A stretch of 59,164 nucleotides of DNA, taken from contig JANLSU010000020.1 in NCBI GenBank assembly GCA_031362565.1, positions 1 to 59,164 of the forward strand, in the 5' to 3' direction. The notes beneath the pieces were generated by a model that did no database searches, had not been told where the DNA came from, and saw only the letters and a list, made by a program, of their open reading frames with translations. Below are positions 1-8,872 of this stretch, piece by piece. The DNA is from a bacterium (GTDB lineage: Bacteria; Krumholzibacteriota; Krumholzibacteriia; G020349025). Positions within the stretch are counted from its first letter, which is position 1; every line of letters begins with the position of its first letter. Both the position numbers and the translations under genes were made by a program.

Positions 1-3000
1 ACGATGCTGTAGGCGATGTCGCCATCGTCCACGGCGTCGTCGACGCCGGTTGCCGTCACCGTTTGCGCGACGTTCCAATTTCCGGCCGTGAAGGTCACGC
101 TCGCCGGCGCCACCGTGCCTTCGCTGAGGTCGCTGCTCGAGAGGCCGATCGTCACGTTCGCCGTCGGCTGGCTCGTCAGCACGATGGTGAACGTCGCCGT
201 GCCGCCCGCCTCGGTCGTCGTGAGCCCGGACGTCGGAGTTACCGTCACACCGACGGTGTCGTCGTCCAAATTGGTCATGGTGACATCAGATGGATCGACG
301 TTGTCGTAGTTGCCGTCGGTGCTCGTCGCCGCAGCGGTCACAACGCTGTAAACGATGTTGCCGTCGTCGACCGTGTCATCGACGCCGGTGACCGTCACCG
401 TCTGCGCGACATTCCAGTCTGCCGGCGTGAAGGTCACGCTCGCCGGCGCCACGGTCCCCTCGGTCAGGTCACTGCTCGAGACACCGATCGTCACATCGGC
501 CGTCGGCTCGCTGTCGAGCACCACGGTGAAGGTCGTGGTGCCGCCCGCCTCGGTGGTTGTTAGACCTGATGTCGGGTTCACGGTCACACCGGCTGCGTCG
601 TTGTCGGTGTTCGTCACCGAGACGTCGGTCGGGTCGACACTGTTGTAGTTACCGTCAGCGCTAGTCGCCGTTGACGTCCCGATGCTGTAGGCAATGTCTC
701 CATCGTCCACGGCGTCGTCGACGCCGGTCACTGTGACCGTCTGGACAACGTTCCAGTCGACCGCCGTGAAAGTCACACTCGCCGGCGCTACGGTGCCCTC
801 GTTGGGATCGCTGCTCGAGAGACCGATTGTCACATCTGCCGTCGGCTGGCTATCCAGAACGATGGTGAAGGTCGCGGTGCCACCCGACTCCGTCGTCGTG
901 AGGCCAGATGTTGGATTCACCGTCACGCCGGCTGTGTCGTCGTTCGTGTTCGTCACCGAAACGTCCGCCGGATCGACATTGTCGTAGTTGCCGTCGGCAC
1001 TCGTGGCCGGAGCCGTTTCGATGCTGTAAGCGACGTCACCGTCGTCCACACTGTCGTCCACACCGGTGACCGTGACCGTCTGGGCGATATTCCAATCGAC
1101 GGACGTGAAGGTCACGTTCGCCGGCGCGACGGTGCCCTCATTCAAGTCCGTGCTCGAGAGCCCGATCGTCACATCGGCCGTTGGCTGGCTGTTCAGGGCA
1201 ATTGTGAACGTCGCAGTGCCGCCCGCCTCGGTCGTGATGAGACCTGACGTCGGATCCACGGTCACACCGGCCGTGTCATCGTCGGTGTTCGTCAACGAGA
1301 CATCCGATGGATCGACATTGTCGTAATTGCCGTCGGCGCTCGTCGCCGCTGCCGTTTCGACGGTGTATGCGATATCCCCGTCCTGCACGGCGTCATCGAC
1401 GCCGGTCACTGTCACAGTCTGGGCGACGCTCCAGTTCACGGACGTGAACGTCACGCTCGCCGGCGACACCGTACCCTCGTTCACATTGCTGCTCGACAGC
1501 CCGATCGTCACATCCGCCGTCGGCTGAGTGTCCAAGACGATGGTGAATGCCGCGGGGCCACCCGACTCGGAGGTCGTCAGGCCGGAGGTCGGATCCACCG
1601 TCACGCCGGCCGTATCGTCGTCCGTGTTCGTTACCGACACGTCCGAGGTATCCAGAGTGTCGTAGTTGCCGTCGGCGCTCGTCGCGGCTGCCGTCACGAT
1701 GCTGTAGGCGATGTCTCCGTCGTCGACGGCGTCGTCGACGCCGGTCACCGTCACCGTCTGGGCGACGTTCCAGTTCCCAGTCGTAAAGGTCACGCTCGCC
1801 GGCGCCACGGTGCCCTCATTCACGTCACTGCTCGAGAGCCCGATCGTCACATTCGCCGTCGGTTGGGTGTCCAGAACGATCGTAAACGTCGCTGTCCCTC
1901 CCGCTTCGGTGGTCGTGAGCCCAGACGCGGGATCCACCGTCACGCCGGCCGTATCGTCGTCCGTGTTCGTTACCGACACATCCGAGGCGTCCAGAGTGTC
2001 ATAGTTGCCGTCGGCGCTCGTCGCGGCTGCGGTCACGATGCTGTAGGCGATGTCGCCATCGTCAACGATGTCATCGACGCCGGTCACCGTCACCGTCTGG
2101 GCGATGTTCCAGTTCCCGGTCGTGAAGGTGACGCTGGCCGGTGCCACGGTGCCTTCGCCGAGGTCGCTGCTCGACAGGCCGATCGTCACATCCGCCGTCG
2201 GCTCGCTGGCGAGCGCAACGGTGAACGTCGCCGTCCCGCCCGCCTCCGTCGTCGTGAGCCCAGACGTCGGGTTCACGGTCACGCCGGCGGTGTCATCATC
2301 CACATTCGTCGCTGAAACATCGGCTGGATCGACACCATTATAGTTGCCGTCGGCACTCGTCGCGGCTGCCGTCAAAATGCTGTAGGCGATGTCGCCGTCA
2401 TCCACAGTGTCGTCCACACCGGTTAGCGTTACGGTCTGGGCGATGTTCCAGTTCGCGCTCGTGAAAGTCACGCTGGCCGGCGCCACCGTGCCCTCAGTCA
2501 GGTCGCTGCTCGACAGCCCGATCGTCACATCCGCCGTCGGCTGCGTGTCCAGAATGGCCGTAAATGTCGCGGTGCCGCCTGCCTCCGTCGTCGTCAGCCC
2601 GGACGTCGGATTCAACGCGACGCCAGCCGTGTCGTCGTCGGTGTTCGTCACCGAGACATCGGCGGGATCGACATTGTTGTAACTGGCGTCAGCGCTCGTC
2701 GCGGCTGCCGTCGGGATGCTGTAGGCGATGTCGCCGTCGTCCACGGCATCGTCGACGCCGGTTGCAGTCACGGTCTGATGGACGTTCCAATTGGCAGAAG
2801 TGAAGGTCACGCTTGCCGGCGTCACCGTCCCCTCAGTCAAGTCGCTGCTCGAGACACCGATCGTGACATCCGCCGTCGGCTGGGCGTTCAAGACGATCGT
2901 GAATGTCGCGGTACCGCCGGCCTCCGTCGTCGTCAGCCCAGACGTCGGATTCACCGTTACTTGAGCCGTGTCGTCGTCGGTGTTCGTCACCGATACGTCC

Positions 3001-4660
3001 GCAGGGTCCAGATTGTCATAGCTGCCGTCGGCGCTCGTCGCCGCCGCAGTCACAATGCTGTAGGCAATGTCCCCGTCATCGACCGCGTCATCGACACCTG
3101 TCGCCGTCACCGTCTGGGCGACGTTCCAGTTCGCAGCGGTAAAGGTGACGCTCGCCGGCGCCACCGCGCCCTCGGTCAAATCGCTGCTCGAGAGGCCGAT
3201 GGTCACATCCGCCGTCGGTTGGGTATTCAGCACCATCGTGAAGGTTGCCGTACCGCCGGCCTCCGTCGTCGTCAGCCCAGACGTCGGATTCACGGTCACG
3301 CCGGCCGTGTCGTCGTCCGTGTTCGTCACCGACACATCTGCGGCGTCTAGATTGTTGTAGGTGCCGTCGGCGCTCGTTGCGGCTGCCGTCACGATGCTGT
3401 AGGCGATGTCGCCATCGTCGACAATGTCGTCGACACCGGTCGCCGTCACCGTCTGGGCGACGTTCCAGTTCGCACTCGTGAAGGTGACGCTTGCCGGCGC
3501 CACCGTCCCCTCGGTCAAGTCGCTGCTGGAGAGCCCGATCGTCACATCGGCGGTCGGATCGCTTGTCAGGACTAGCGTGAAGGTCGCCGTACCACCGGCC
3601 TCGGTGGTGACGAGCCCAGACGTCGGATTCACCGCCACACCGGCCGTGTCGTCGTCCGTGTTCGTCACCGAAACATCCGCCGGATCGACACCATTGTAAT
3701 TACCATCGGCACTCGTCGCCGCCGCCGTCACGATGCTGTACACAATGTCGCCATCATCGACTGGGTCATCGACACCGGTCACCGTCACCGTCTGGGCGAC
3801 GTTCCAGTTCGCGCTCGTAAAGGTGACGCTCGCCGGTGCCACCGTCCCCTCTGCCACATTCGAGCTGGAAATACCGAGGGTCACATCCGCCGCCGGCTGG
3901 CTCGTCAGAACAACCGTGAAGGTCGCGGTACCGCCCGCCTCGGTGGTGATGAGCCCAGACGTCGGATTCACCGCCACACCGGCCGTGTCGTCGTCCGTGT
4001 TCGTCACCGAAACATCCGCCGGATCGACACCATTGTAGTTACCGTCGGCACTCGTCGCCGCCGCCGTCACGATGCTGTAGGCGATGTCGCCGTCGTCGAC
4101 AGGGTCATCGACGCTGGTCGCGGTCACCGTCTGGGCGGCGTTCCAGTTCGCGCTCGTGAAGGTCACGCTCGCGGGCGCCACCGTGCCTTCGGCCAAATTC
4201 GAGCTGGACAGTCCGATGGTCACATCGGCGGTCGGCTGGCTCGTCAGAACAACCGTGAAGGTCGCGGTACCGCCCGCCTCGGTGGTGATGAGCCCAGACG
4301 TCGGATTCACGGTCACGCCGGCATTGTCGTCGTCCGTGTTCGTCGCCGAAACATCGGCCGGGTCGACACCATTGTAGTTACCGTCGGCACTCGTCGCGGC
4401 TGCCGTCACGATGCTGTAGGCAATGTTTCCATCCTTCACGGCATCGTCGACGCCGGTCGCCGTCACCGTCTGGGGAGAGTTCCAGTCGCCTGCGGTGAAT
4501 GTCAGGCTCGCCGGCGCCACCGTGCCCTCGGTCGCGTCGCTGCTCGAAAGCCCGATCGTCACATCCGCCGTCGGCTGAGTGTCCAAGACGATCGTGAAGG
4601 TCGCCGTGCCGCCCGCCTCGGTCGTCGTGAGCCCAGACGTCGGCACCACGGTGATCCCAG
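1..4660 (-). repeat. ~14 tandem 339-bp (113-aa) coding repeats, Calx-beta-like
   Basis: Shadow ORFs start at 16, 355, 694, 1711, 2050, 2389, 3067, 3406, 4084 (multiples of 339 apart). Unit: TVxPTSGLTTTEAGGTATFTxVLxxQPTADVTIGLSSSDxTEGTVAPASVTFTxANWNxAQTVTVTGVDDxxDDGDIAYSIVTAAATSADGNYxxxDPADVSVTNTDDDTAG. Confidence 0.92.
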
Positions 4661-7600
4661 GCGCCCTTTCACCCACTTGAAAATCGCCGAACGCTGAAAC
4701 GCCCGTGACTTGCGTGGTCGTCGCTGTCCTCGTTCCGAAGGCGGGATAGGTCCAGCCGCTGCTGTACCTTGCCGCGACGAAGTCGGCGGTGTTTGCGCCA
4801 CCGTCCACATCCCCGGCGACGAAGGTGAACGTCACGTCGTAGTTCGTGTACAGGATTCCGCTATCGGTGAGCGTCCAGTAACGATTGACGCTCTTGGTCT
4901 GGATGATGGTCGAACTGCCGATGCTGGGATGGTCGCCGGCCGTCGTGCTGGCAGTCAGGTTTCCAGCCGCCGAGACGCTGGCGAACGCAACGCTCACCGG
5001 CGTGTAGTTCCCGGCGTCCCCCACCTCGAAATCGGCGCTCGCGGCGCCGGTGGCAATGTACTTCTGGAGTTTGCCCACAACATGGCCGGTGGTTCTGGAG
5101 ACCGAGCCGGTCGAGTTGATGGTCACTTGGTTCACCCCGGTCGTGATGTTGCCGCCACCGAGGGTGAGCACGCCGTCCGCGTTGATCGTGTTGCCCAGCG
5201 TGACGTTTCCGGACGGCTTCGAGACGGTGAGGTTGTCGAACGTGGTCGTCGTCGCCCCGCCGATCGCCTGATCGCTCGTGCCGGTGAGCGTGAGTGTACT
5301 GCCGGCGGCGATGATGGTGCCGTCGCTCGCGAGATTGCCCTTGAGATCGTGGGTGAAGGCACCCATCGTGAATGTGTTGGTGCCGCCGATCGTGAAATTG
5401 CCGGCGGTGTTGATCGCTGCGGCAGCAGCCGCGGTCGCGGTTCCGGACATCGTGAAGTTGCCGTTCAGCGTCAGCGTCGAGCCGGGCATGGTCTTGGCGC
5501 CGCTGCCGCTCAGAGTCAGATGGTGATAGGTCGCCGCGTGAACAGTCTGGGCGGCGCCATTGTAATTGACGGTGTTGGAACTCACACTGGCGGTAAGTGT
5601 CGTGATGTCCGCGATGGCGCCGATTTTCAGCGTCGCGCCAGTTCCCTGCGAGAGTCCGCCGGTTCCACTCAGCGCGGTCGATGCGGTGAAGTTCGTCGAG
5701 TTGTTGGTGAGCGTGACGCCGTTCACCGTCACATTGGCAATCGTCAGCGTGGCCGTCCCACCGATCGCCTGGTTGTTGGTGTCGAAGGTGTAGATCCCGG
5801 TTCCAGACGAGAACGTCGACCCGTTGTGGGTCAGATTCCCCTCGAAGCTGATTCCGGAGTTGCCGGCGTTCGTCCACGAGCCGCCGGAGTTGACGGTCAC
5901 TGTGCCCACGTAGGTCACGGTTCCAGTCGCGGACGAGTGGGCATGCGTGCCGGTGATCGACGTCGTCCCGGTGACGGTGAAATCGAACCCGCCCACCGTG
6001 ACCGTCGTCCCCGAGCCGATCGTCAAGTTGCCGCCGATGGCCATCGCGATTGCCGTCGTCGCGGTGCACGTTCCCGACGTCGTGAGGTCGCCGTTGATCG
6101 TGCTGACGTTGGTCAGGGTCTTCGCGCCGCTGCCACTCAGAGTCAGGTGGTGGTAGGCCGCCGGGTTCACCGTCTGCGCGGCGCCCGTATAGTTGACGGT
6201 GTTCGGATTGACCGTCGCCGTCAGGGTCGTGATTCCCGACGTGCCGCCGATCTTCAGCGTGGCGCCGGACGCCTGCGTGAGCCCGCCCGTTCCGCTCAAC
6301 GCCGTCGACACCGTGAAGTTCGTCGAGTTGTTGGTCAGCGTGATGCCGTTCACGGTCAGGTTCGAAATCGTCAGGGCGGTCGTCCCGCCGATCGCCTGAT
6401 TGTTGGTGTCGAAGGTATAGACGCCGGTTCCAGACGTGAACGTCGTTCCATTGTGAGTCAGGCCACTCTGGAAGCTGATCGCGGAGTTGCCAGCATTCGT
6501 CCAGGACCCGCCGGCGTTCACCGTCACCGCACCCACATGAGTCTTGGTCCCAGTCGCGGACGAGTGGGCATGCGTGCCGGTAATCGAGGTCGTCCCGGTG
6601 ACGGTGAAATTGAACCCGCCCACCGTGACCGTCGTCCCCGAGCCGATCGTCAAGTTGCCGCCGATGGCCATCGCGATTGCCGTCGTGGCGGTGCACGTTC
6701 CCGACGTCGTGAGGTCGCCGTTGATCGTGCTGACGCTGGTCAGGGTCTTCGCGCCGCTGCCGCTCAAATTCAAGTGGTGATACGCCGTTGCCTTCACCGT
6801 CTGGGCGGCGCCGCTGTAGGTGACGGTGTTGGGATTGACCGTCGTCGTGAGGGTCGTGATGCCCGACGAGCCGCCGATCGTCAGCGTCGTGTTGGCGTTG
6901 TTGGTCAGGGTGCCGGCCCCAGACAGCGCCGTGCCGACCGTGAGTAGATTCGTGTTTGTAACCGTACCGGTGACGGTGAGGTTCGGAATCGAAACCGAGT
7001 TGGCGCCACCGATGGTCTTCGTGGCGCCAGAGAAGGTGTACACGCCCGTGCCGGCGGTAAACGTGCCGTCATTTTGCAGGTTTCCAGCCATCGTCACCGC
7101 CTCGTTGGCGCCGTTGGTCCACGTACCGCCGTTGTTGACCGTGACGTTGCCGGTAAGGGTCTTGGTACCGGTGGTCGACGTGATCGTCAGTGTGCTGCTG
7201 ACGCTCGTGGCCCCGCTGACCGCCAAAGTGAACGCGCCGACCGTAAAGGTGCCGGTAGCGACCGTGAGAGTGCCCCCGAAGGTCGTCGTGCCCGTGAGGG
7301 TGACCCCGCCGGACGTGTTGTTGATGCTGACATTGTTGTATGTAGTGTACGTGCCGATGGTCTGCGCCGCGCCGCCGCTGAAGTTGATGGTGCCGGTCCC
7401 GCTTGTCGTGAGCGTGCCGCCGCTGCCGAAATTTCCCCCGACATTGACCATGCTGGCACCCGTCGAGGTGAACTGCGCCTGAGCCGCCGTGCCGCTGAAA
7501 GTGATGGAGCCGGTGGTGGTGATGGTGCCGGTGTTCACCGTGACGGCGCAGATGCGGCCGCCGGTGGCACTGCCTGGAATCGCGATGCTCGCCGCCTGCA

Positions 7601-7982
7601 GTGTGCCGTCGCCCACGGCGATCGTCGAAGTGCCTGCCGTCGGCGCCGTCATCGTGATGGCCCCGCTCACATTGAGCAGCACCCCCGAGTTGATCGCGAT
7701 GCCGTTCGTCCCGGCGCCGTTCGCGGCGATTGTGATCGTAGACGCAGCGGCACCGGTGGTTACCGTTACCGTGTGTGTACTGGCGATCGTGACGTTGTCT
7801 CCAGCCACCGGCACGACGCCGCCGACCCAAGTCGTCGTCACGTTCCAGTTGCCGGTCTGGTTCGAGGCAATGTTCGCTGCCTCCGCCGGCGACAACCCCA
7901 GACACATCGACACACAAAGCAACGCCAGCCCCCGGAACAGGGACGCGAGAACTCGCAGAACTCTTCCTCTGACCGTCGTCAT
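1..7982 (-). CDS. Giant secreted/surface repeat protein (>2,660 aa, 3' end outside window): signal peptide, Thr/Gly-rich beta-helix-like region, then tandem Calx-beta-like repeats; putative adhesin
   Basis: ATG at 7982 gives MTTVRGRVLRVLASLFRGLALLCVSMCLGLSPAEA-ANIASNQTGNWNVTTTWVGGVVPVAGDNVTI. The same frame spot-checked at 4860 (KSVNRYWTLTDS), 4680 (GVSAFGDFQVGE) and position 3 (GDIAYSI). Absent from the ORF track because there is no stop in the window; the many + strand 97-aa ORFs are its antisense shadows. Confidence 0.9.
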   Translation of the reverse strand, partial: MTTVRGRVLRVLASLFRGLALLCVSMCLGLSPAEAANIASNQTGNWNVTTTWVGGVVPVAGDNVTIASTHTVTVTTGAAASTITIAANGAGTNGIAINSGVLLNVSGAITMTAPTAGTSTIAVGDGTLQAASIAIPGSATGGRICAVTVNTGTITTTGSITFSGTAAQAQFTSTGASMVNVGGNFGSGGTLTTSGTGTINFSGGAAQTIGTYTTYNNVSINNTSGGVTLTGTTTFGGTLTVATGTFTVGAFTLAVSGATSVSSTLTITSTTGTKTLTGNVTVNNGGTWTNGANEAVTMAGNLQNDGTFTAGTGVYTFSGATKTIGGANSVSIPNLTVTGTVTNTNLLTVGTALSGAGTLTNNANTTLTIGGSSGITTLTTTVNPNTVTYSGAAQTVKATAYHHLNLSGSGAKTLTSVSTINGDLTTSGTCTATTAIAMAIGGNLTIGSGTTVTVGGFNFTVTGTTSITGTHAHSSATGTKTHVGAVTVNAGGSWTNAGNSAISFQSGLTHNGTTFTSGTGVYTFDTNNQAIGGTTALTISNLTVNGITLTNNSTNFTVSTALSGTGGLTQASGATLKIGGTSGITTLTATVNPNTVNYTGAAQTVNPAAYHHLTLSGSGAKTLTNVSTINGDLTTSGTCTATTAIAMAIGGNLTIGSGTTVTVGGFDFTVTGTTSITGTHAHSSATGTVTYVGTVTVNSGGSWTNAGNSGISFEGNLTHNGSTFSSGTGIYTFDTNNQAIGGTATLTIANVTVNGVTLTNNSTNFTASTALSGTGGLSQGTGATLKIGAIADITTLTASVSSNTVNYNGAAQTVHAATYHHLTLSGSGAKTMPGSTLTLNGNFTMSGTATAAAAAAINTAGNFTIGGTNTFTMGAFTHDLKGNLASDGTIIAAGSTLTLTGTSDQAIGGATTTTFDNLTVSKPSGNVTLGNTINADGVLTLGGGNITTGVNQVTINSTGSVSRTTGHVVGKLQKYIATGAASADFEVGDAGNYTPVSVAFASVSAAGNLTASTTAGDHPSIGSSTIIQTKSVNRYWTLTDSGILYTNYDVTFTFVAGDVDGGANTADFVAARYSSGWTYPAFGTRTATTTQVTGVSAFGDFQVGERAPGITVVPTSGLTTTEAGGTATFTIVLDTQPTADVTIGLSSSDATEGTVAPASLTFTAGDWNSPQTVTATGVDDAVKDGNIAYSIVTAAATSADGNYNGVDPADVSATNTDDDNAGVTVNPTSGLITTEAGGTATFTVVLTSQPTADVTIGLSSSNLAEGTVAPASVTFTSANWNAAQTVTATSVDDPVDDGDIAYSIVTAAATSADGNYNGVDPADVSVTNTDDDTAGVAVNPTSGLITTEAGGTATFTVVLTSQPAADVTLGISSSNVAEGTVAPASVTFTSANWNVAQTVTVTGVDDPVDDGDIVYSIVTAAATSADGNYNGVDPADVSVTNTDDDTAGVAVNPTSGLVTTEAGGTATFTLVLTSDPTADVTIGLSSSDLTEGTVAPASVTFTSANWNVAQTVTATGVDDIVDDGDIAYSIVTAAATSADGTYNNLDAADVSVTNTDDDTAGVTVNPTSGLTTTEAGGTATFTMVLNTQPTADVTIGLSSSDLTEGAVAPASVTFTAANWNVAQTVTATGVDDAVDDGDIAYSIVTAAATSADGSYDNLDPADVSVTNTDDDTAQVTVNPTSGLTTTEAGGTATFTIVLNAQPTADVTIGVSSSDLTEGTVTPASVTFTSANWNVHQTVTATGVDDAVDDGDIAYSIPTAAATSADASYNNVDPADVSVTNTDDDTAGVALNPTSGLTTTEAGGTATFTAILDTQPTADVTIGLSSSDLTEGTVAPASVTFTSANWNIAQTVTLTGVDDTVDDGDIAYSILTAAATSADGNYNGVDPADVSATNVDDDTAGVTVNPTSGLTTTEAGGTATFTVALASEPTADVTIGLSSSDLGEGTVAPASVTFTTGNWNIAQTVTVTGVDDIVDDGDIAYSIVTAAATSADGNYDTLDASDVSVTNTDDDTAGVTVDPASGLTTTEAGGTATFTIVLDTQPTANVTIGLSSSDVNEGTVAPASVTFTTGNWNVAQTVTVTGVDDAVDDGDIAYSIVTAAATSADGNYDTLDTSDVSVTNTDDDTAGVTVDPTSGLTTSESGGPAAFTIVLDTQPTADVTIGLSSSNVNEGTVSPASVTFTSVNWSVAQTVTVTGVDDAVQDGDIAYTVETAAATSADGNYDNVDPSDVSLTNTDDDTAGVTVDPTSGLITTEAGGTATFTIALNSQPTADVTIGLSSTDLNEGTVAPANVTFTSVDWNIAQTVTVTGVDDSVDDGDVAYSIETAPATSADGNYDNVDPADVSVTNTNDDTAGVTVNPTSGLTTTESGGTATFTIVLDSQPTADVTIGLSSSDPNEGTVAPASVTFTAVDWNVVQTVTVTGVDDAVDDGDIAYSIGTSTATSADGNYNSVDPTDVSVTNTDNDAAGVTVNPTSGLTTTEAGGTTTFTVVLDSEPTADVTIGVSSSDLTEGTVAPASVTFTPADWNVAQTVTVTGVDDTVDDGNIVYSVVTAAATSTDGNYDNVDPSDVTMTNLDDDTVGVTVTPTSGLTTTEAGGTATFTIVLTSQPTANVTIGLSSSDLSEGTVAPASVTFTAGNWNVAQTVTATGVDDAVDDGDIAYSI
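5500..6900 (-). repeat. Second repeat type in the giant gene: ~627-bp (209-aa) period, about two full copies plus a partial
   Basis: Near-identical DNA at ~5935-6155 and ~6562-6782; shadow ORFs start at 5566, 6193, 6820 (627 apart). Confidence 0.85.
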
Positions 7983-8270
7983 GCTGTCCAGTCGATCACA
8001 CACGGTTCACAAGCACGGCCGTTCACAAAAGCGCCGGGGTGCAGAGCGATTTTTCCTGACTCCGGTTGGCGTCGACATCGCGCCGACAAATCGCCCGCGT
8101 TCTGACCAGCCGCGTTCGCGGCTGGCCGGATCCATGTCGATGCCACGAGCACCGAAAACCCGCCGAAGGTCATCCTGCCGCTCTGCGCGCGGCTTTCCCG
8201 CCGAAAAATTTGCTGCGACGCCAAGTCACGCGTCCGCACGGTTGCGGCGCGATTTGATTACGTTGTTTTC

Positions 8271-8285
8271 GCAACTGCCGTGCCC
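8271..8285 (-). promoter_or_regulatory. Putative sigma-54 (-24/-12) promoter for the giant gene
   Basis: Minus strand GGGCACGGCAGTTGC vs consensus TGGCACGNNNNTTGC, exact GG-N10-GC spacing, ~290 bp upstream of the ATG and correctly oriented. Confidence 0.6.
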
Positions 8286-8493
8286 TGCGACCGGCCCATT
8301 CGGCTTAACAGCTTGCTGTGCAATAATTTGAACAGAGGACGGCACACACTTGACGGACTTGCTCGTCGAAGAGCGCGGCGGCGTCTCACCGCGGCGATGG
8401 AATTCGCGCCGCATCGTGGACAGCCTCGGGGGATGATCGACGCACGGACGCAGGTTGTGCTTGTAGTGATGGAGGGAGTCCCGCACGGCGGCA

Positions 8494-8828
8494 ATTCGCG
8501 TTTGGCCGGGCAATCCGGATCCCTCGGCGCCACATGGGACGGTGCCGGGGTCAATTTCGCGTTGTTTTCGGAAAACGGTACACGCGTCGAAGTGTGTTTC
8601 TTCGATAGCGCTGAATCCGACCGCGAGTCCGATCGAGTGACCTTGCCCGAGAGAACCAACCAAGTGTGGCACGGCTATTTTCCGGACATTCGGCCCGGGC
8701 AGCTCTACGGATATCGAGTGCATGGGCCGTGGGAGCCCAAGCAAGGTCATCGCTTCAACGCCAACAAGGTGTTGCTCGATCCCTACGCGCGGGCCATTGG
8801 CCGGCGGGTGCAGTGGGGCGACGAGAAT
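8494..8828 (+). pseudogene. glgX: Remnant of glycogen debranching enzyme GlgX (N-terminal CBM48 region only)
   Basis: [10 protein letters not shown] then a 1-nt frameshift at ~8521-8523 into [28 protein letters not shown]...VWHGY...[35 protein letters not shown]; similarity stops after ~110 codons; no catalytic domain. Confidence 0.88.
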
Positions 8829-8832
8829 ACCC

Positions 8833-8864
8833 GGTCGCGCCGGGATGCGCAGTCCGGCGCGACC
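8833..8864 (-). terminator. GC-rich hairpin after the S9 peptidase stop
   Basis: GGTCGCGCCGG / CCGGCGCGACC 11-bp stem, ~9 bp past the stop; weak U-tract. Confidence 0.5.
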
Positions 8865-8872
8865 CGCGAGCC

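Noticed and set aside
1..4660. 339-bp repeats as a CRISPR array or DGR template/variable repeats
   Set aside because: Contiguous in-frame coding repeats without spacers; no cas or reverse transcriptase gene recognised.
16..7917. Many 60-745 aa ORFs in the track over the first 8 kb
   Set aside because: Antisense or off-frame shadows of the single giant minus-strand gene; their periodicity mirrors its repeats.
8175..8225. c-di-GMP-I riboswitch in the adhesin leader (GCAAA...GAAA...GCGCAGAG on the minus strand)
   Set aside because: Only partial resemblance; the first stem is poorly paired and the second conserved hairpin is not visible.
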